Assembly: GCA_002269645.1 (NCBI GenBank)
Contig: NIVC01000085.1
Coordinates: 372,001 to 436,000, forward strand
Source of the DNA: Macrostomum lignano
Taxonomy: Eukaryota
Direction: 5' to 3'
Length of the DNA: 64,000 nucleotides
The number at the start of each line of letters is the position of its first letter. Positions within the stretch are counted from its first letter, which is position 1. The position numbers and the translations under genes are program-made. The notes beneath the pieces are model-generated. The model was not told the DNA's origin, searched no databases, and saw only the letters and a program-made list of their open reading frames with translations. Shown piece by piece: positions 12,613 to 25,711 of the stretch.

Positions 12613-15600
12613 TAGTTCGGCCCACACAACCATCAGCAGCAGCAGCAACGATGAAGCACGACGGCCGGGTCCGATCCAGCCGTGTTCACATAGAACTGGT
12701 ATGCAGGCGTTCAATCTTTCTCACCAAGTAGTTGCTATTGCGTAGTTCTCTCTCTTGCTATTGTGTAGGTTTCGAATAAAGCGACTGAGCACAAATATGA
12801 GCGCGGAAAAGAAGAGAAACTTTCAACTTGCGCCCGAACAATGGAGCCATTGCAGTTATAAGACTTGGTCTGCACATACTGAAAGTAAAAAGAGGTGCGA
12901 CAATCACCGCCCATTCCGACCCACGAAAAACCGCCTATACATGCTGGTTGCCTGACTTTCCGGAGTCTGGACAAGCATTTCTTAGAAAACACCAGTTTTT
13001 CCAACCAAGAGGACGTGAGCGGCAAAAGACCAGAGCTGGAGGATGACATGCGGCAGAGGCTGAGTTGCAGTGAAATGCATCGATTACTGTATTCATTAGT
13101 TTAAATAAAAATTGTAAAATATTGAATTATGTAGACACATCGGTGCACATGCAGGCGATATGAATTTCAACCGCTGTCTGGTTGCCTCGTCAGACGGAGT
13201 CCACGATGAAAACTCTGGACTGCGATGTCTGCGAGGCAGTCATACAGTGTGAGAGAGCGGACTAGACAGCATCACGCAGGGCTAGTAGGGTGCTGGCGTC
13301 AACAGAACCGGATGTTTGAGACGTTGTGGCTCGGCTATAGGAATCAGCCTTGTCATGTGGCACAGCAAACGACCTGTTGACTTGATCCCAGGTGCTGTCC
13401 GCTAAAATTTAGGCAAAAAGGCCTACCAAATCCAGCCATGTGCGCCGACTGATGGCATTAAAATTGCTCTATTCAGAAAATTCAGTAAATAAACAAAAAA
13501 GAGTAAAGTTAAAAACTGTTTGCTTAATTAAAGTTGCTTGCCAGTGTTAGATAGTCACCTTAGAAAGCGAAGCATGCCAGCTCTTAGGGGAGTCAAGCAT
13601 GCTGGTCAAGCGTAAGACCATGGTTACCCCTTTGAGAGTCCCCCGCAGGCGTCAGCAACCCGACACCACGGCTGTTGGGGGCGGAATCCGTTCGCCCTTG
13701 GGAAAAGCCACCTCGAGGTGAGGAGGAGGCAGACGGAGCAGCACTGCGGCGACCATGGAACGCCACTCTGCTCTCCGAATGTTGGAACTCGACTCAAGTT
13801 CGCGTCACGGCAGCGGCAGGAAGGTGGGTGCGACCCCTTGTTGGCTGCAACTTTTGTGTCCGCTAGTGACAGAAGGCTGGAGGAGAGACCGAGGGGCCGT
13901 AGGCGGCACGGGCACCCGGTACCCCGGTAGGAGGGACCAGTGCACGGGCCTGAGGAGTGAGCCGCCCTGTTTTGGGTGCAGTCTGTTGGGATGGCGAACC
14001 CGGCTGACTGGAGGTGAGGCACTGGTGTGCAGGGACCGATGCAGTTGTTGTTCACTTTTCCCGCTCAAATAGTTTTGCTCAGCTCTGGGCAGGCACGCGG
14101 TCACCGAGTTTGAAGCTCGGTTGTGTAGATAAGCAGGCACGGAGAGCAGCGAGGATCAATAAGCCCTGCTGAAAATGGAGCAAGCAACAAAGTTTAAAAT
14201 ATTTTCTACTGTACCATTGCTCATCACTGCAACCAGCCGGAAGCGCATGATCGCACCTCCAGCCATTGCTCAGCCTACTCGATACCTGCTGAATTTGCTT
14301 ACCTGTGGGCCCACGCATCTTGTGAAGACAACTGATTTGCCCTGGAAACTACTGATTTCCCATGAATCTGTGACCCAGCAGAAGCCCAAAAAGCAATCCT
14401 TGAAATCCTATCGCATTGTCTGCATAGTGTACATGTATGCTGATTAGTACAGTGATTTTAGTTAATATTAGTTCAGCTCCATTAAAAACCAACCCATTGT
14501 ACCAGAGTGCCTAAGAAGTTGGCCTTCATGGCTGGCCTGGGAATCACCTCAGGCCAATCGCACAGAATCGAACCACAGTACATGTATAATTTTTTCGCAA
14601 GAGGCAGCTGCTCAGCCCCTCAATTGCAGTCTAGGGCTTCATCAGTTGTTTATTATTAAAGTGCAGCCGAGCTCTGGCAGCCCATCTCAATTCTGTCCAG
14701 CTCTCGGCCGCAGCAACTCACTGCATTTTGCACTCCTGCCACCTGCAGCCAGCAGCAACAGACAGGCTTTGAGCCGCACTGAATGGCCTGAGAGCCATCA
14801 AATTCTGAGATTCGAGCATGGCAACAATGCCTTATTTATGACAAAACGCAGTCTTGAGCCGTAGGGAGCGGGTGGTTAGAGAGGCCAGCTCAACCTCAAG
14901 CAGTAATTATCTCTGCTCGCTCGCTATTCTCAGGCCACGCACCGCTCTGCCAGCCTCCCTGCAGTTTGGCAGACTCTGGGGGGCAACCAGCAGTGCAGCG
15001 CTCGGTCTCTGTTTTGAGCAGTGAGCTGGGTGGAGTTGCATTGTAGCTGGACTTGTTTATTGTCTCAGGCAGGGTTTGGGTGGTTCGAGAGGCCAGTATG
15101 GGGTGATTGCGAACTCGAGCAGTTTTCTCTTTGCCGGCTGCTTTTATCACGCCAGACTATCGCACTGCGAGTGCTGAGCTGGGTGGGGCCGCTAACGATG
15201 AAGGTTGGAGATTTAATTAGCGATGAGGCTGCAGAGATGAGCAGCGCAAACCTGAGCTGTCTGAGGCTGCAGTGGCGGCTGCTCCCGAATGAGTTGCAGC
15301 CCCAGCCTCGCACAATGGAGACTCTGCATTGTGCTTGAGCACCCTGCCTGCCCCCCCCCCACTGGCTGAGCTGGCGTCCAGCTGCACTTTTAGCTTTTTT
15401 AGCTTTCTCGAAACAGGAGAAAACAAGCGTTTTTTGGGTTTGAGCTGGGATCTGATGGAGAATAGAGAAGCTGAGCTGGGATCTGTGGAGAATAGAAAAG
15501 CTGAGCTGGGATCTGATGGAGAATAGAGAAGCTGAGTTGGGATCTGATGGAGAATAGAGAAACTGAGCTGGGATCTGATGGAGAATAGAAAAGCTGAGCT

Positions 15601-15892
15601 GGGATCTGATGGAGAATAGAAAAGCTGAGCTGGGATCTGATGGAGAATAGAGAAGCTGGCGTGAGGGGGAGGATGAGAGGGGGATGGGTGAGAAGGGGAT
15701 GGGTGAGAGGGGGATGGGTGAGAAGGGGATGGGTGAGAGGGGGATGGGTAAGAGGGGATGGGTGAGAGGGGGATGGGTGAGAGGGGGATGGTGAGAGGGG
15801 GATGGTGAGAGGGGGATGGGTTAGAAAGGGATGGGTGGGAGGGCTGTGTAAAAGGGAGATTGTGAGAGAAACCCAATAGAGACAATCAGATG

Positions 15893-16335
15893 GTTATGGC
15901 ACATGAGCAATGGCTGTGTGCATGAGATATGGGTCATGGCACATGAGCAATGGCTGTGTGCATGAGATATTAGTCATGGCACATGAGCAATGGCTGTGTG
16001 CATGAGATGTGGATCATGGCACGTGAGCAATGGCTGTGTGCATGAGATATTGGTTATGGCACATGAGCAATGGCTGTGTGCATGAGATATGGGTCATGGC
16101 ACATGAGCAATGGCTGTGTGCATGAGATATTAGTTATGGCACATGAGCAATGGCTGTGTGCATGAGATATTAGTTATGGCACATGAGCAATGGCTGTGTG
16201 CATGAGATATTAGTCATGGCACATGAGCAATGGCTGTGTGCATGAGATATGGGTCATGGCACATGAGCAATGGCTGTGTGCATGAGATATTGGTTATGGC
16301 ACATGAGCAATGGCTGTGTGCATGAGATATGGGTC
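15893..16335. repeat. 40-bp minisatellite (ATGGCACATGAGCAATGGCTGTGTGCATGAGATATGGGTC), left array
   Basis: About 11 units, preceded by a GGGGATGGGTGAGA array at 15675-15840. Confidence 0.95.
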
Positions 16336-17390
16336 AACATCTCAGTGCTTCCGCATCTCCGGACTCTGTTTAGCAGATACGGCATCCCGTTGGAAATCGT
16401 CAGCGACAATGGACCTCCGTTTAACTCGGCAGAATTCACAAACTTCCTCTCAGAGTTCGGCATCAAGCATCGCCGGATCTGTCCGCTGCACCCCGAGGCG
16501 AACGGAGCGACCGAGCGAGTCAACAGGTGCATCAACAAGGTCATCAGAGCGGCCATCGCAGAAGGACGCAACTGGCGCACCGCACTCGACGACTGGCTGC
16601 TCGCTCATCGCGTCACTCCGCACTCGGCAACCGGCGTGGCACCAGCCGAACTGCTCATGGGCCGAGCTCTCAACGACGGCCTCCCGTCAATCCAACCATC
16701 GCAACCTGTGCAGCACGACCGCGCCGAACTCGCAAAGCGCCACGAGGCCTACAACGACCAGATGGCAGCAGGTTTCAACCGCTCCAGGAGGGCCAAGGCA
16801 GCCAATGTCAAGCCGGGTTCGGCGGTTCTCCGCAAGCGGACGAGACACACGAAAATTCAAACGCCTTTCGAGCTCGAACCCTGGACCGTCACCGACAGGC
16901 GAGGCGATTCCTACGTCCTGCGGCAAGGCGACCGGACATGCACTCGCCACCTGACGCACATCCGGGCTCTGACAGCGACCGAGGACCCACCACCAGAAGC
17001 GGACGCTGGCGCCGCCTCGCCGGAGCGCGGCATTGCTGAGAGGCCGCACCCGAGAGCGGCCAAGGACAAGCCTATCAGCTACAGAGTTTGACGGGTTTTG
17101 ACGGGTAACTGGTGCTAAGGGCTGAGACAAGTGTTTTTTACCCTTAATGTTTTATTCCTTTTTCCTTATCTTTTTAATCCGCATTTTTGAGCTTTTTTGT
17201 TTTTGGGGAGAAGTGTAATTGCCTCGCAATATTATTATCAATTTGTTCTAAATAGGCGAGTGAGTTATATTATAAATGTACATCATGTGTCGCATGAGTC
17301 ATGTACGCCGTACGCGTAAAACCTCAAATATATATATCGCTAACCTGGCCAGTTAGGGCCCCGTGTTTGATTTTCTCGCTCAGCTTAACA
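16336..17390 (+). mobile_element. 5'-truncated Ty3/Gypsy-like LTR retrotransposon: integrase C-terminal half, PPT and 3' LTR
   Basis: LFSRYGIPxxIVSDNGPPF...HPEANGATERVN with exact D-35-E spacing; stop at 17091; PPT GGGGAGAAG 17205-17213 then TGTAA (17214) to TTAACA (17390). Confidence 0.88.
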
Positions 17391-17410
17391 CGCGGCCTTC
17401 AGACTTTACA

Positions 17411-18556
17411 GATGGGTGAGAAGGATGGGTGAGAAGGATGGGTGAGAAGGGGATAGGTGAGAAGGGGATAGGTGAGAAGGGGATAGGTGAGAAGATGGGT
17501 GAGAAGGGGATGGGTGAGAAGGGGATGGGTGAGAAGGGGATGGGTGAGAAGGGGATGGGTGAGAAGGGGATGGGTGAGAAGGGGATGGGTGAGAAAGGGA
17601 TGGGTGAGAAGGGGATGGGTGAGAAGGGATGGGTGAGAAGGGGATGGGTGAGAAGGGGATGGGTGAGAAGGGGATGGGTGAGAAAGGGATGGGTGAGAAG
17701 GGGATGGGTGAGAAGGGGATGGGTGAGAAGGGGATGGGTGAGAAGGGGATGGGTGAGAAGGGGATGGGTGAGAAGGGGATGGGTGAGAAGGGGATGCGTG
17801 AGAGGATGAGTCTGTGTGCATGAGATATGGGTCATGGCACATGAGCAATGGCTGTGTGCATGAGATATGGGTCATGGCACATGAGCAATGGCTGTGTGCA
17901 TGAGATGTGGGTCATGGCACATGAGCAATGGCTGTGTGCATGAGATATGGGTCATGGCACATGAGCAATGGCTGTGTGCATGAGATGTGGGTCATGGCAC
18001 ATGAGCAATGGCTGTGTGCATGAGATATGGGTCATGGCACATGAGCAATGGCTGTGTGCATGAGATATGGGTCATGGCACATGAGCAATGGCTGTGTGCA
18101 TGAGATGTGGGTCATGGCACATGAGCAATGGCTGTGTGCATGAGATATGGGTCATGGCACATGAGCAATGGCTGTGTGCATGAGATATGGGTCATGGCAC
18201 ATGAGCAATGGCTGTGTGCATGAGATATGGGTCATGGCACATGAGCAATGGCTGTGTGCATGAGATATTAGTCATGGCACATGAGCAATGGCTGTGTGCA
18301 TGAGATATGGGTCATGGCACATGAGCAATGGCTGTGTGCATGAGATGTGGGTCATGGCACATGAGCAATGGCTGTGTGCATGAGATGTGGGTCATGGCAC
18401 ATGAGCAATGGCTGTGTGCATGAGATGTGGGTCATGGCACATGAGCAATGGCTGTGTGCATGAGATATTAGTTATGGCACATGAGCAATGGCTGTGTGCA
18501 TGAGATATGGGTCATAGCACATGAGCAATGGCTGTGTGCATGAGATATGGGTCATG
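17411..18556. repeat. Composite satellite: 15-bp GGGGATGGGTGAGAA array then 40-bp array (right copy)
   Basis: Same two units, in the same order, as 15675-16335. Confidence 0.95.
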
Positions 18557-18689
18557 GGCTTCATCCCGCTCGGCTGTCCTGCTGGTCCAGCCTCAGGAGC
18601 TGGTGACTGGCGAGCTTGTTGGCTGTGCTCAGGTACTCAGTGAGGCGCTCTTCGTGCTGGTTCTGAGGGCATTGGGGCTGGGGTCTGCT

Positions 18690-18880
18690 GAGATGTGGGT
18701 GTGCTCAGGTGGGATCTGGGTGTGCTCAGGTGGGATCTGGGTGTGCTCAGGTGGGATCTGGGTGTGCTCAGGTGGGATCTGGGTGTGCTCAGGTGGGATT
18801 TGGGTGTGCTCAGGTAGGATTTGAGTGTGCTCAAGTGGGATCTGGGTGTGCTCAGGTGGGATCTGGGTGTTCTCAGGTGA
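18690..18880. repeat. 21-bp minisatellite (GGGTGTGCTCAGGTGGGATCT)
   Basis: Direct reading. Confidence 0.9.
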
Positions 18881-19528
18881 AGTTGTATCGGAAGAAAGTC
18901 ATTATCTTACCCGGTACACAGGGTAGACGGGTAGAAAAAATATCCGCATGCGGGCTGGGGCTGAAATACACGTATAATAAATAAATAAATATAAATCATA
19001 TCTGTACACATTCAATAAACGTACCAGTACGATAGGAGCGTACGAAAAAATCAGGCCATCTTCCTCCTAAACATGGACGACCTATTGATTGTCGCATGCA
19101 AAAATGTGTGTGGAATTTTTGTATAAAGCTACTCTCCCGCTTATCTCATTTAGAACTCCGCTTATCGCACAGCGGTGCTGCTCCACATCGACACTGCCCT
19201 ATCATTTAACACTGCCCTATCATTTAACACTGCCCTATCATTTAACACTGCCCTCCGTCTCTATATTACAAGTGCGTCAAAGTTGAACTAACCCATACTG
19301 ATCTTGAAGATAGAGAAGAGAATCGGCCTCAGTCCATTTAAACAAATTTCTCTGCACAGGGAGAGCTCAGAGATTTCAGTCCGTGACAGCCGCACTTTTG
19401 CTGCTGCTGCTGAGCTGGCAGGCAAATTCGCTTGAAGAAGAGCAAAGCACTCAGTTTGAAGCCGTGTGGAACAGCTGCGGCAGACAGCAGATCGGCAGAG
19501 AAGCGCTGCTAGGAGAAGAAGTGTAGCC

Positions 19529-22500
19529 ATGGCAACACAGATGGAGCGGAAGCTGAGAGCGGCGCTGGAGGCTGGAGACAGCGAGGAGCTGCAGCGACTG
19601 TGCGGTGAGGTCGGCAGCAACATCGAGCTGGAGGTGGGCGGCTTCGACAAGCAAGACTTTCCCTTTAGAGAGATTCTTAAAATGCCGCTGGCCCATCACG
19701 TGGCCTGCAAGCCGGTGAGCTCGTCGTGCCTGGAGCTGCTGATTGACAGATTCGGACCCGACTGTCTGACACATGGAAATGATAGGGGCAAGACTCCAGT
19801 GCACTTGGCTGCCCAGCATCAGGACCAGTCTTGGATGAAGCTGGTTAAAGAGAAGGGAGGCAGAGGCTGCTTGAGAACTGTCGACAGATGGGAACAGACA
19901 GTCGCTCACTTTGCCGCTATGAACAGAAAAAGCAACTCTTGTCTGAAGTGGCTGGTGAAGGAGCTCGGCAGCGACTGTCTCACAGTTCCTGACGGATGGG
20001 GTGACACGGCCGTCCATTTGGCCGCTCAGCATCAGGGCATCGAGTCGCTGGAGTGGATCAAGAGACAGATCGGAACTGACTGCTTTCGGCTGAAGAGACG
20101 GTGGGAAAGAACAGCATTTTACTTCGCTGCTCAGAAGTCTGACAATTCAAATCTGAAGTGGCTGGTGAAGGAGCTCGGCAGCGACTGTCTCACAGTTCCT
20201 GACTCTAGAGGTGACACGGCCGTCCATTTTGCCGCTCTGCATCAGGGCATCGAGTTGCTGGAGTGGATCAAGAGACAGATCGGAACTGACTGCTTTCGGC
20301 TGAAGGGAGATGATGATAGAACAGCATTTCACTTTGCTGCTGAGAAGTCTGACAATTCAAATCTGAAGTGGCTGGTGAAGGAGCTCGGCAGCGACTGTCT
20401 CGCAGTTCCTGACAAATTCGGTCACACAGCCGTCCATTTGGCCGCTGAGCATCAGGGCATCGAGTCGCTGGAGTGGATCAAGAGACAGATCGGAACTGAC
20501 TTCTTTCGGATGAAGGGAGATGATGATAGAACAGCATTTCACTTTGCTGCTCAGAAGTCTGACAATTCAAATCTGAAGTGGCTGGTGAAGAAGCTCGGCA
20601 GCGACTGTCTCACAGTTCCTGACAGACTCGGTGACACGGCCGTCCATTTGGCCGCTCGGCGTCAGCCAGTCGACTCTCTTCAGTTCTTTTTTGACCAAAT
20701 CGGAGCCGAAATGTTCAGCTTGAAGAACAACAAGGGCGAAACACCGGCTGATATTGTTGAGAGTCGCTGGTGCTACACAGACCAGTCAGCAAAGCGGGCC
20801 TGGATTTCCTCCACGCAGCGGCGGCTCGAAGCCTCTCGGCCTTCCGCTGGCAGCTCAGCGCCGACTGCCGCCTCAGCTGGGTGAGTCCTGACTGAGAACT
20901 GCTGCCTGACACTGAAAATACTGAAAATATTGTTTGGCAAAAATTCATTGCGCTTTGATGATCGGCGCCCTGAAATTCTCAGCAGCGCCGCAGTCAAGCG
21001 AGGGCGTCATGAATCTGTCAGTGCAGCTCCTCATGGCGCTCCCAACCTCCCCATGGCGCCTCCAATCTCCTCATGGCGCCCCGACCTTCTCATGGCGCCC
21101 CCAGTCTCCTAATGGGCCCCAACCCCCCACCCATAACTCAATCTGGATCAAAGCATCAGCGAGTTCAAGTGCCATCAAACTCTCCGATTTTAGTAGGAAT
21201 GTACTTGGTGTGATGTTCAAAATATTGCCACTTGAATGATTTGAGAGCCTCCAATCTCTTCGTGGCGCCGCAATCTCCCGATCGCGCCATATATAGCGCC
21301 ACAGGTGACGCAGAAGGGTGGTGACGCAGAAGGGTGGTGACACAGAAGGATGGTGACGCAGAAGGGTGGTGACGCAGAAGGGTGGTGACGCAGAAGGGTG
21401 GTGACGCAGAAGGGTGGTGACGCAGAAAGCTGGTGACGCAGAAGGGTGGTGACGCAGAAGGGTGGTGACGCAGAAGGGTGGTGACGCAGAAGGGTGGTGA
21501 CGCAGAAGGCTGGTGACGCAGAAGGCTGAGTGACTACAAAGTACTCAGAAAGCCCCAAGCAACACAAAATTCATCAATTCCTTCATTTCATGCTTCAGCG
21601 CCAAGAAGCAGCTGGACCCCAGCTTCACCGACTGGGACTTCATCCTGCAGGACAACAAGAAGCAGCTCATCGGCCGTGGCGGATTCGGTGAGGTGTACAA
21701 GGCCCTCACAGACCGCAACCAGACGGTGGCTGTCAAGGTGCTGCCCCTGAGCGGCACCGGCCAATCGGGGAAGCTGCAGAAAGCCGTCGAGTTGGAGAAG
21801 CGGGGAGTTGAGATCCTCAAGCGACTCTCGCATCCCAACATTCTGCAGTTCCTCAAGTGCGAGCAGAAGTCGGACGGGCTGTACATCTTCACCGAGCTGG
21901 TCTCGGGTCACAGCCTCTTTGAGCTGATGCAGCGTCAGAACAAGCCGTTCAAGGAGTCCGGGGTCAGGGACTTCTCCAGACAGGTGCGTCTCTGAGTTCT
22001 CTGGCATTGCCTGGCATGGGTGGGATGTGGGACTAGTGTGGGATCAGTGTTGGATCAGTGTGAGATCGGTGTGGGATCAGTGTGGGATCAGTGTGGGATC
22101 AGTGTGGGATCAGTGTGGGATCAGTGTGGGATCGGTGTGTGATCAGTGTGAGATCAGTGTGGGATCAGTGTGAGATCGGTGTGGGATCAGTGTGGGATCA
22201 GTGTGGGATCAGTGTGGGATCAGTGTGGGATCAGTGTGGGATCAGTGTAGGATCAGTGTGGGATCGGTGTGGGATCAGTGTGGGATCAGTGTGGGATCAG
22301 TGTGGGATCAGTGTAGGATCAGTGTGGGATCAGTGTGGGATCAGTGTAGGATCAGTGTGGGATCAGTGTAGGATCAGTATGGGATCGGTGTGGGATCAGT
22401 GTGGGATCAGTGTGGGATCAGTGTGGGATCAGTGTAGGATCAGTGTGGGATCAGTGTGGGATCAGTGTGGGATCAGTGTGGGATCAGTGTGGGATCAGTG

Positions 22501-23238
22501 TGGGATCGGTGTGGGATCAGTGTGGGATCAGTGTGGGATCAGTGTGGGATCAGTGTAGGATCAGTGTGGGATCAGTGTGGGATTAGTTTGGGATCAGTGT
22601 GTGATCAGTGCGGGATCAGTGTGGGATCAGTGTGAGATCGGTGTGGGATCAGTGTGGGATCAGTGTGGGATCGGCGTGGGATCAGTGTGGGATCAGTGTG
22701 GGTGGGAGCAGGTATGTTGTCTCATGACTACTCAAAACTGCCCCACCTGCAGATCTGCTCAGGCCTGAACTTCCTGCACTGCCAGCCGGAGGGCGCCATC
22801 TTGCACCGTGACATCAAGAGCTCCAACGTGATGCTCACCAGCAAAGGCGTCATCAAGCTGATCGACTTCGGCCTCGCCAAGGAGATCGTCGGCACCTGCG
22901 GCCTGAGCACAGGCGTCGATCCCAAAGGCACCCCCTACTTCATGGCGCCCGAGCTGTTCATGGGCGAGGGCGATTCGATTCCGTACTCAGCCAAGACCGA
23001 CGTGTGGGCCTTCGGCTGCACCGTGTATGAGCTGACGGCCATGCAGCCTCCTGACGCGAACGTTCAGCAGTTCAGGATCGCCGTGCTGAGGTGCGGAGGG
23101 CGGGCGATGCCTCGGATTGCGGACGGGTTCTCAGCCGGCCTGAAAGACTTCTACCTCAGGTGCGTAGACTATGACCCGAGGAAGCGAGCGGACACCGCGG
23201 AGCTGCTGCGGCACAGCTTCCTGAGTGCCTCATCGTGA
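19529..23238 (+). CDS. Gene A2: ankyrin-repeat array + canonical STE11/MAP3K-like kinase; join(19529..20880,21599..21983,22753..23238), 740 aa
   Basis: GG|GTGAGT donor (phase 2) fits TTCAG|C acceptor; CAG|GTGCGT and GCAG|ATC are phase 0; 2223 nt divisible by 3. Motifs [37 protein letters not shown] all intact; 3 full + 1 partial 210-bp units. Confidence 0.9.
21305..21530. repeat. Intronic 16-bp minisatellite (GGTGACGCAGAAGGGT)
   Basis: In intron 1 of A2. Confidence 0.92.
22030..22700. repeat. Intronic 11-bp minisatellite (TGTGGGATCAG)
   Basis: Fills the intra-kinase intron of A2. Confidence 0.95.
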
Positions 23239-25472
23239 CTGCGAGAGCGATGGGCTGTGAGGGAGCGGAGCGGCTCTTGGAGCGGGCAGTTCTTTAGCCC
23301 TCTTTGTTTATCCGATTGCCATTTTTGCTTATCCGGCTGCTTTGTTTGTTCGAACTGCTCATTCCGCTCATTTAGATTTTGAATTTAGAATTTTGTATTA
23401 TATCTATTCATATAATTCATTATCCACTGATTTTGAATTTTGAATTATCGTTTTGTCTATCGATCACCTGCTGCTTCCCGATGCCCGGATCAATTATCCA
23501 ATCACGGTTTTGTTTATTCGTCTGCGATTCGGAATTCAAATTTTATTTATTTGACTGAAGGGTTTGTTTTACTGCCGGGTTTGTTTTACCGGTTGCTCCT
23601 TTCAATTAATGAGACATTTTTGTGCTGACTCGAGTGCTATTTCAGTTTCAAGCTGATCAATGTGGATTTTGAAACTCTGGCAAAAAGCCAATCACAATTT
23701 CCCCAATCTGCTCAGACTGCTCAATTCCTACTCAAGATTTTCTGTGTCCGAGAATTTTTCACATTTTTCAGCCACCGGTTTGGCGCTTTTTCCGGAACTG
23801 AGTTTTGTATTTAATTTTTGGACTGACTTTTTATTAGCAACTGTTGGAGCAGGAAGTCCAGCGCTTACTCAAGACTTCTCAGTTAAATATACAGCCACCG
23901 CTTGGCTTGCCGTGACCCGCTGTGTCCTGACTTGCCGTGACCCGCTGTGTCCTGACTTGCCGTGACCCGCTGTGTCCTGACTTGCCGTGACCCGCTGTGT
24001 CCTGACTTGCCGTGACCCGCTGTGTCCTGACTTGCCGTGACCCGCTGTGTCCTGACTTGCCGTGACCCGCTGTGTCCTGACTTGCCGTGACCCGCTGTGT
24101 CCTGACTTGCCGTGACCCGCTGTGTCCTGACTTGCCGTGACCCGCTGTGTCCTGACTTGCCGTGACCCGCTGTGTCCTGACTTGCCGTGACCCGCTGTGT
24201 CCTGACTTGCCGTGACCCGCTGTGTCCTGACTTGCCGTGACCCGCTGTGTCCTGACTTGCCGTGACCCGCTGTGTCCCATTTCATATTTCAATATTTCGC
24301 AGCGTCATTTCTGAGCCTCACTCAGTGCAGTGCACACAACAGTGCGGGGAGGGCAGAGCTGATGAAGCAGGCATGCAGTGAAGCTGGCCATTGTTTTCAA
24401 AGGGCTTGCAGAGTGTCATGAGGTCTGAGGCTGCCCCATGGCTCGGCCCCTCACGCAGTGAGCAGGAGATGTGCAGAGCCCTTAACTGCACAGACGCTGC
24501 AGAGCTGCTCCAGTTGCCATGGCAATGGGGGAGACTCGAGCTCGGAGAGAGTCTGTGGACAGATGAGCAATGTGCTATGCTGGAGGCTGGGTGGTGCGGC
24601 TTGTTGCTTCATCTGCACAAAAGTGAGTTCGAACGAGCATCAGCCATTCTGTGCATCTCATTTGAACAGCAGATGCTGCATCAATGATGCTGGCAGACAC
24701 TTGAGTCTGTGCTCACTCAGTGCACTGTGAAATTTACATAAATAAATGTTTGCAGTGGCTTCGCATTGCATTGAACTGAGACAATGGCGGGGCATGAGGG
24801 CTGCTCAGCCACCTCGGCCACTGTTTTGAGCAGGAAAATGAGAATAAAACCGCATTTTTGCTTTCATTTGGACCGAATTTGGTGGGAAAGCACTTTTGAG
24901 ACTACTCTAGATAGCAGAGTATGGATTTAAACTGAATGCACACTTTTGCTGTTAGACATGGTGTCCTGTTAGACATGGGAGTCTCCTGTTAGACATGGTG
25001 TCCTGTTAGACATGGGAGTCTCCTGTTAGACATGGTGTCCTGTTAGACATGGGAGTCTCCTGTTAGACATGGGAGTCTCCTGTTAGACATGGGAGTCTCC
25101 TGTTAGACATGGGAGTCTCCTGTTAGACATGGGAGTCTCCTGTTAGACATGGGAGTCTCCTGTTAGACATGGGAGTCTCCTGTTAGACATGGGAGTCTCC
25201 TGTTAGACATGGGAGTCTCCTGTTAGACAAGGGAGTCTCCTGTTAGACATGGGAGTCTCCTGTTAGACATGGGAGTCTCCTGTTAGACATGGGAGTCTTC
25301 TGTTAGACATGGGAGTCTCCTGTTAGACATGGGAGTCTCCTGTTAGACATGGGAGTCTCCTGTTAGACACGGGAGTCTCCTGTTAGACATGGGAGTCTTC
25401 TGTTAGACATGGGAGTCTCCTGTTAGACATGGGAGTCTCCTGTTAGACATGGGAGTCTCCTGTTAGACATGG

Positions 25473-25711
25473 TGTTGTGACTGACAATGCTTGCGCAATG
25501 AACTGACCACTAACAATTAACTATTGACCTTATTGAATGCGTGGGCGTATATTGTACTCAGACTAGAATGAGTAGGTGATTGCGTATCGATTTGGCAATG
25601 CAACGTGCAAGTAGGAGTTTCACCTCTATAAATATATTGTGAGCGAGATGTGTATCTCTGAACTCAAAAGCTTCAATCAAAGAAACTCTCTGTGTTAATT
25701 AGAACACAACA
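25473..25711 (+). mobile_element. Solo LTR, 239 bp
   Basis: TGTTGTG...CACAACA perfect 7-bp inverted ends, 5-bp TSD CATGG (25468-25472, 25712-25716), internal TATAAATA; absent from the paralogous satellite at 7880-8153. Confidence 0.88.

Noticed and set aside
12735-13104. Cluster of short overlapping ORFs
   Set aside because: No recognisable domain in any frame.
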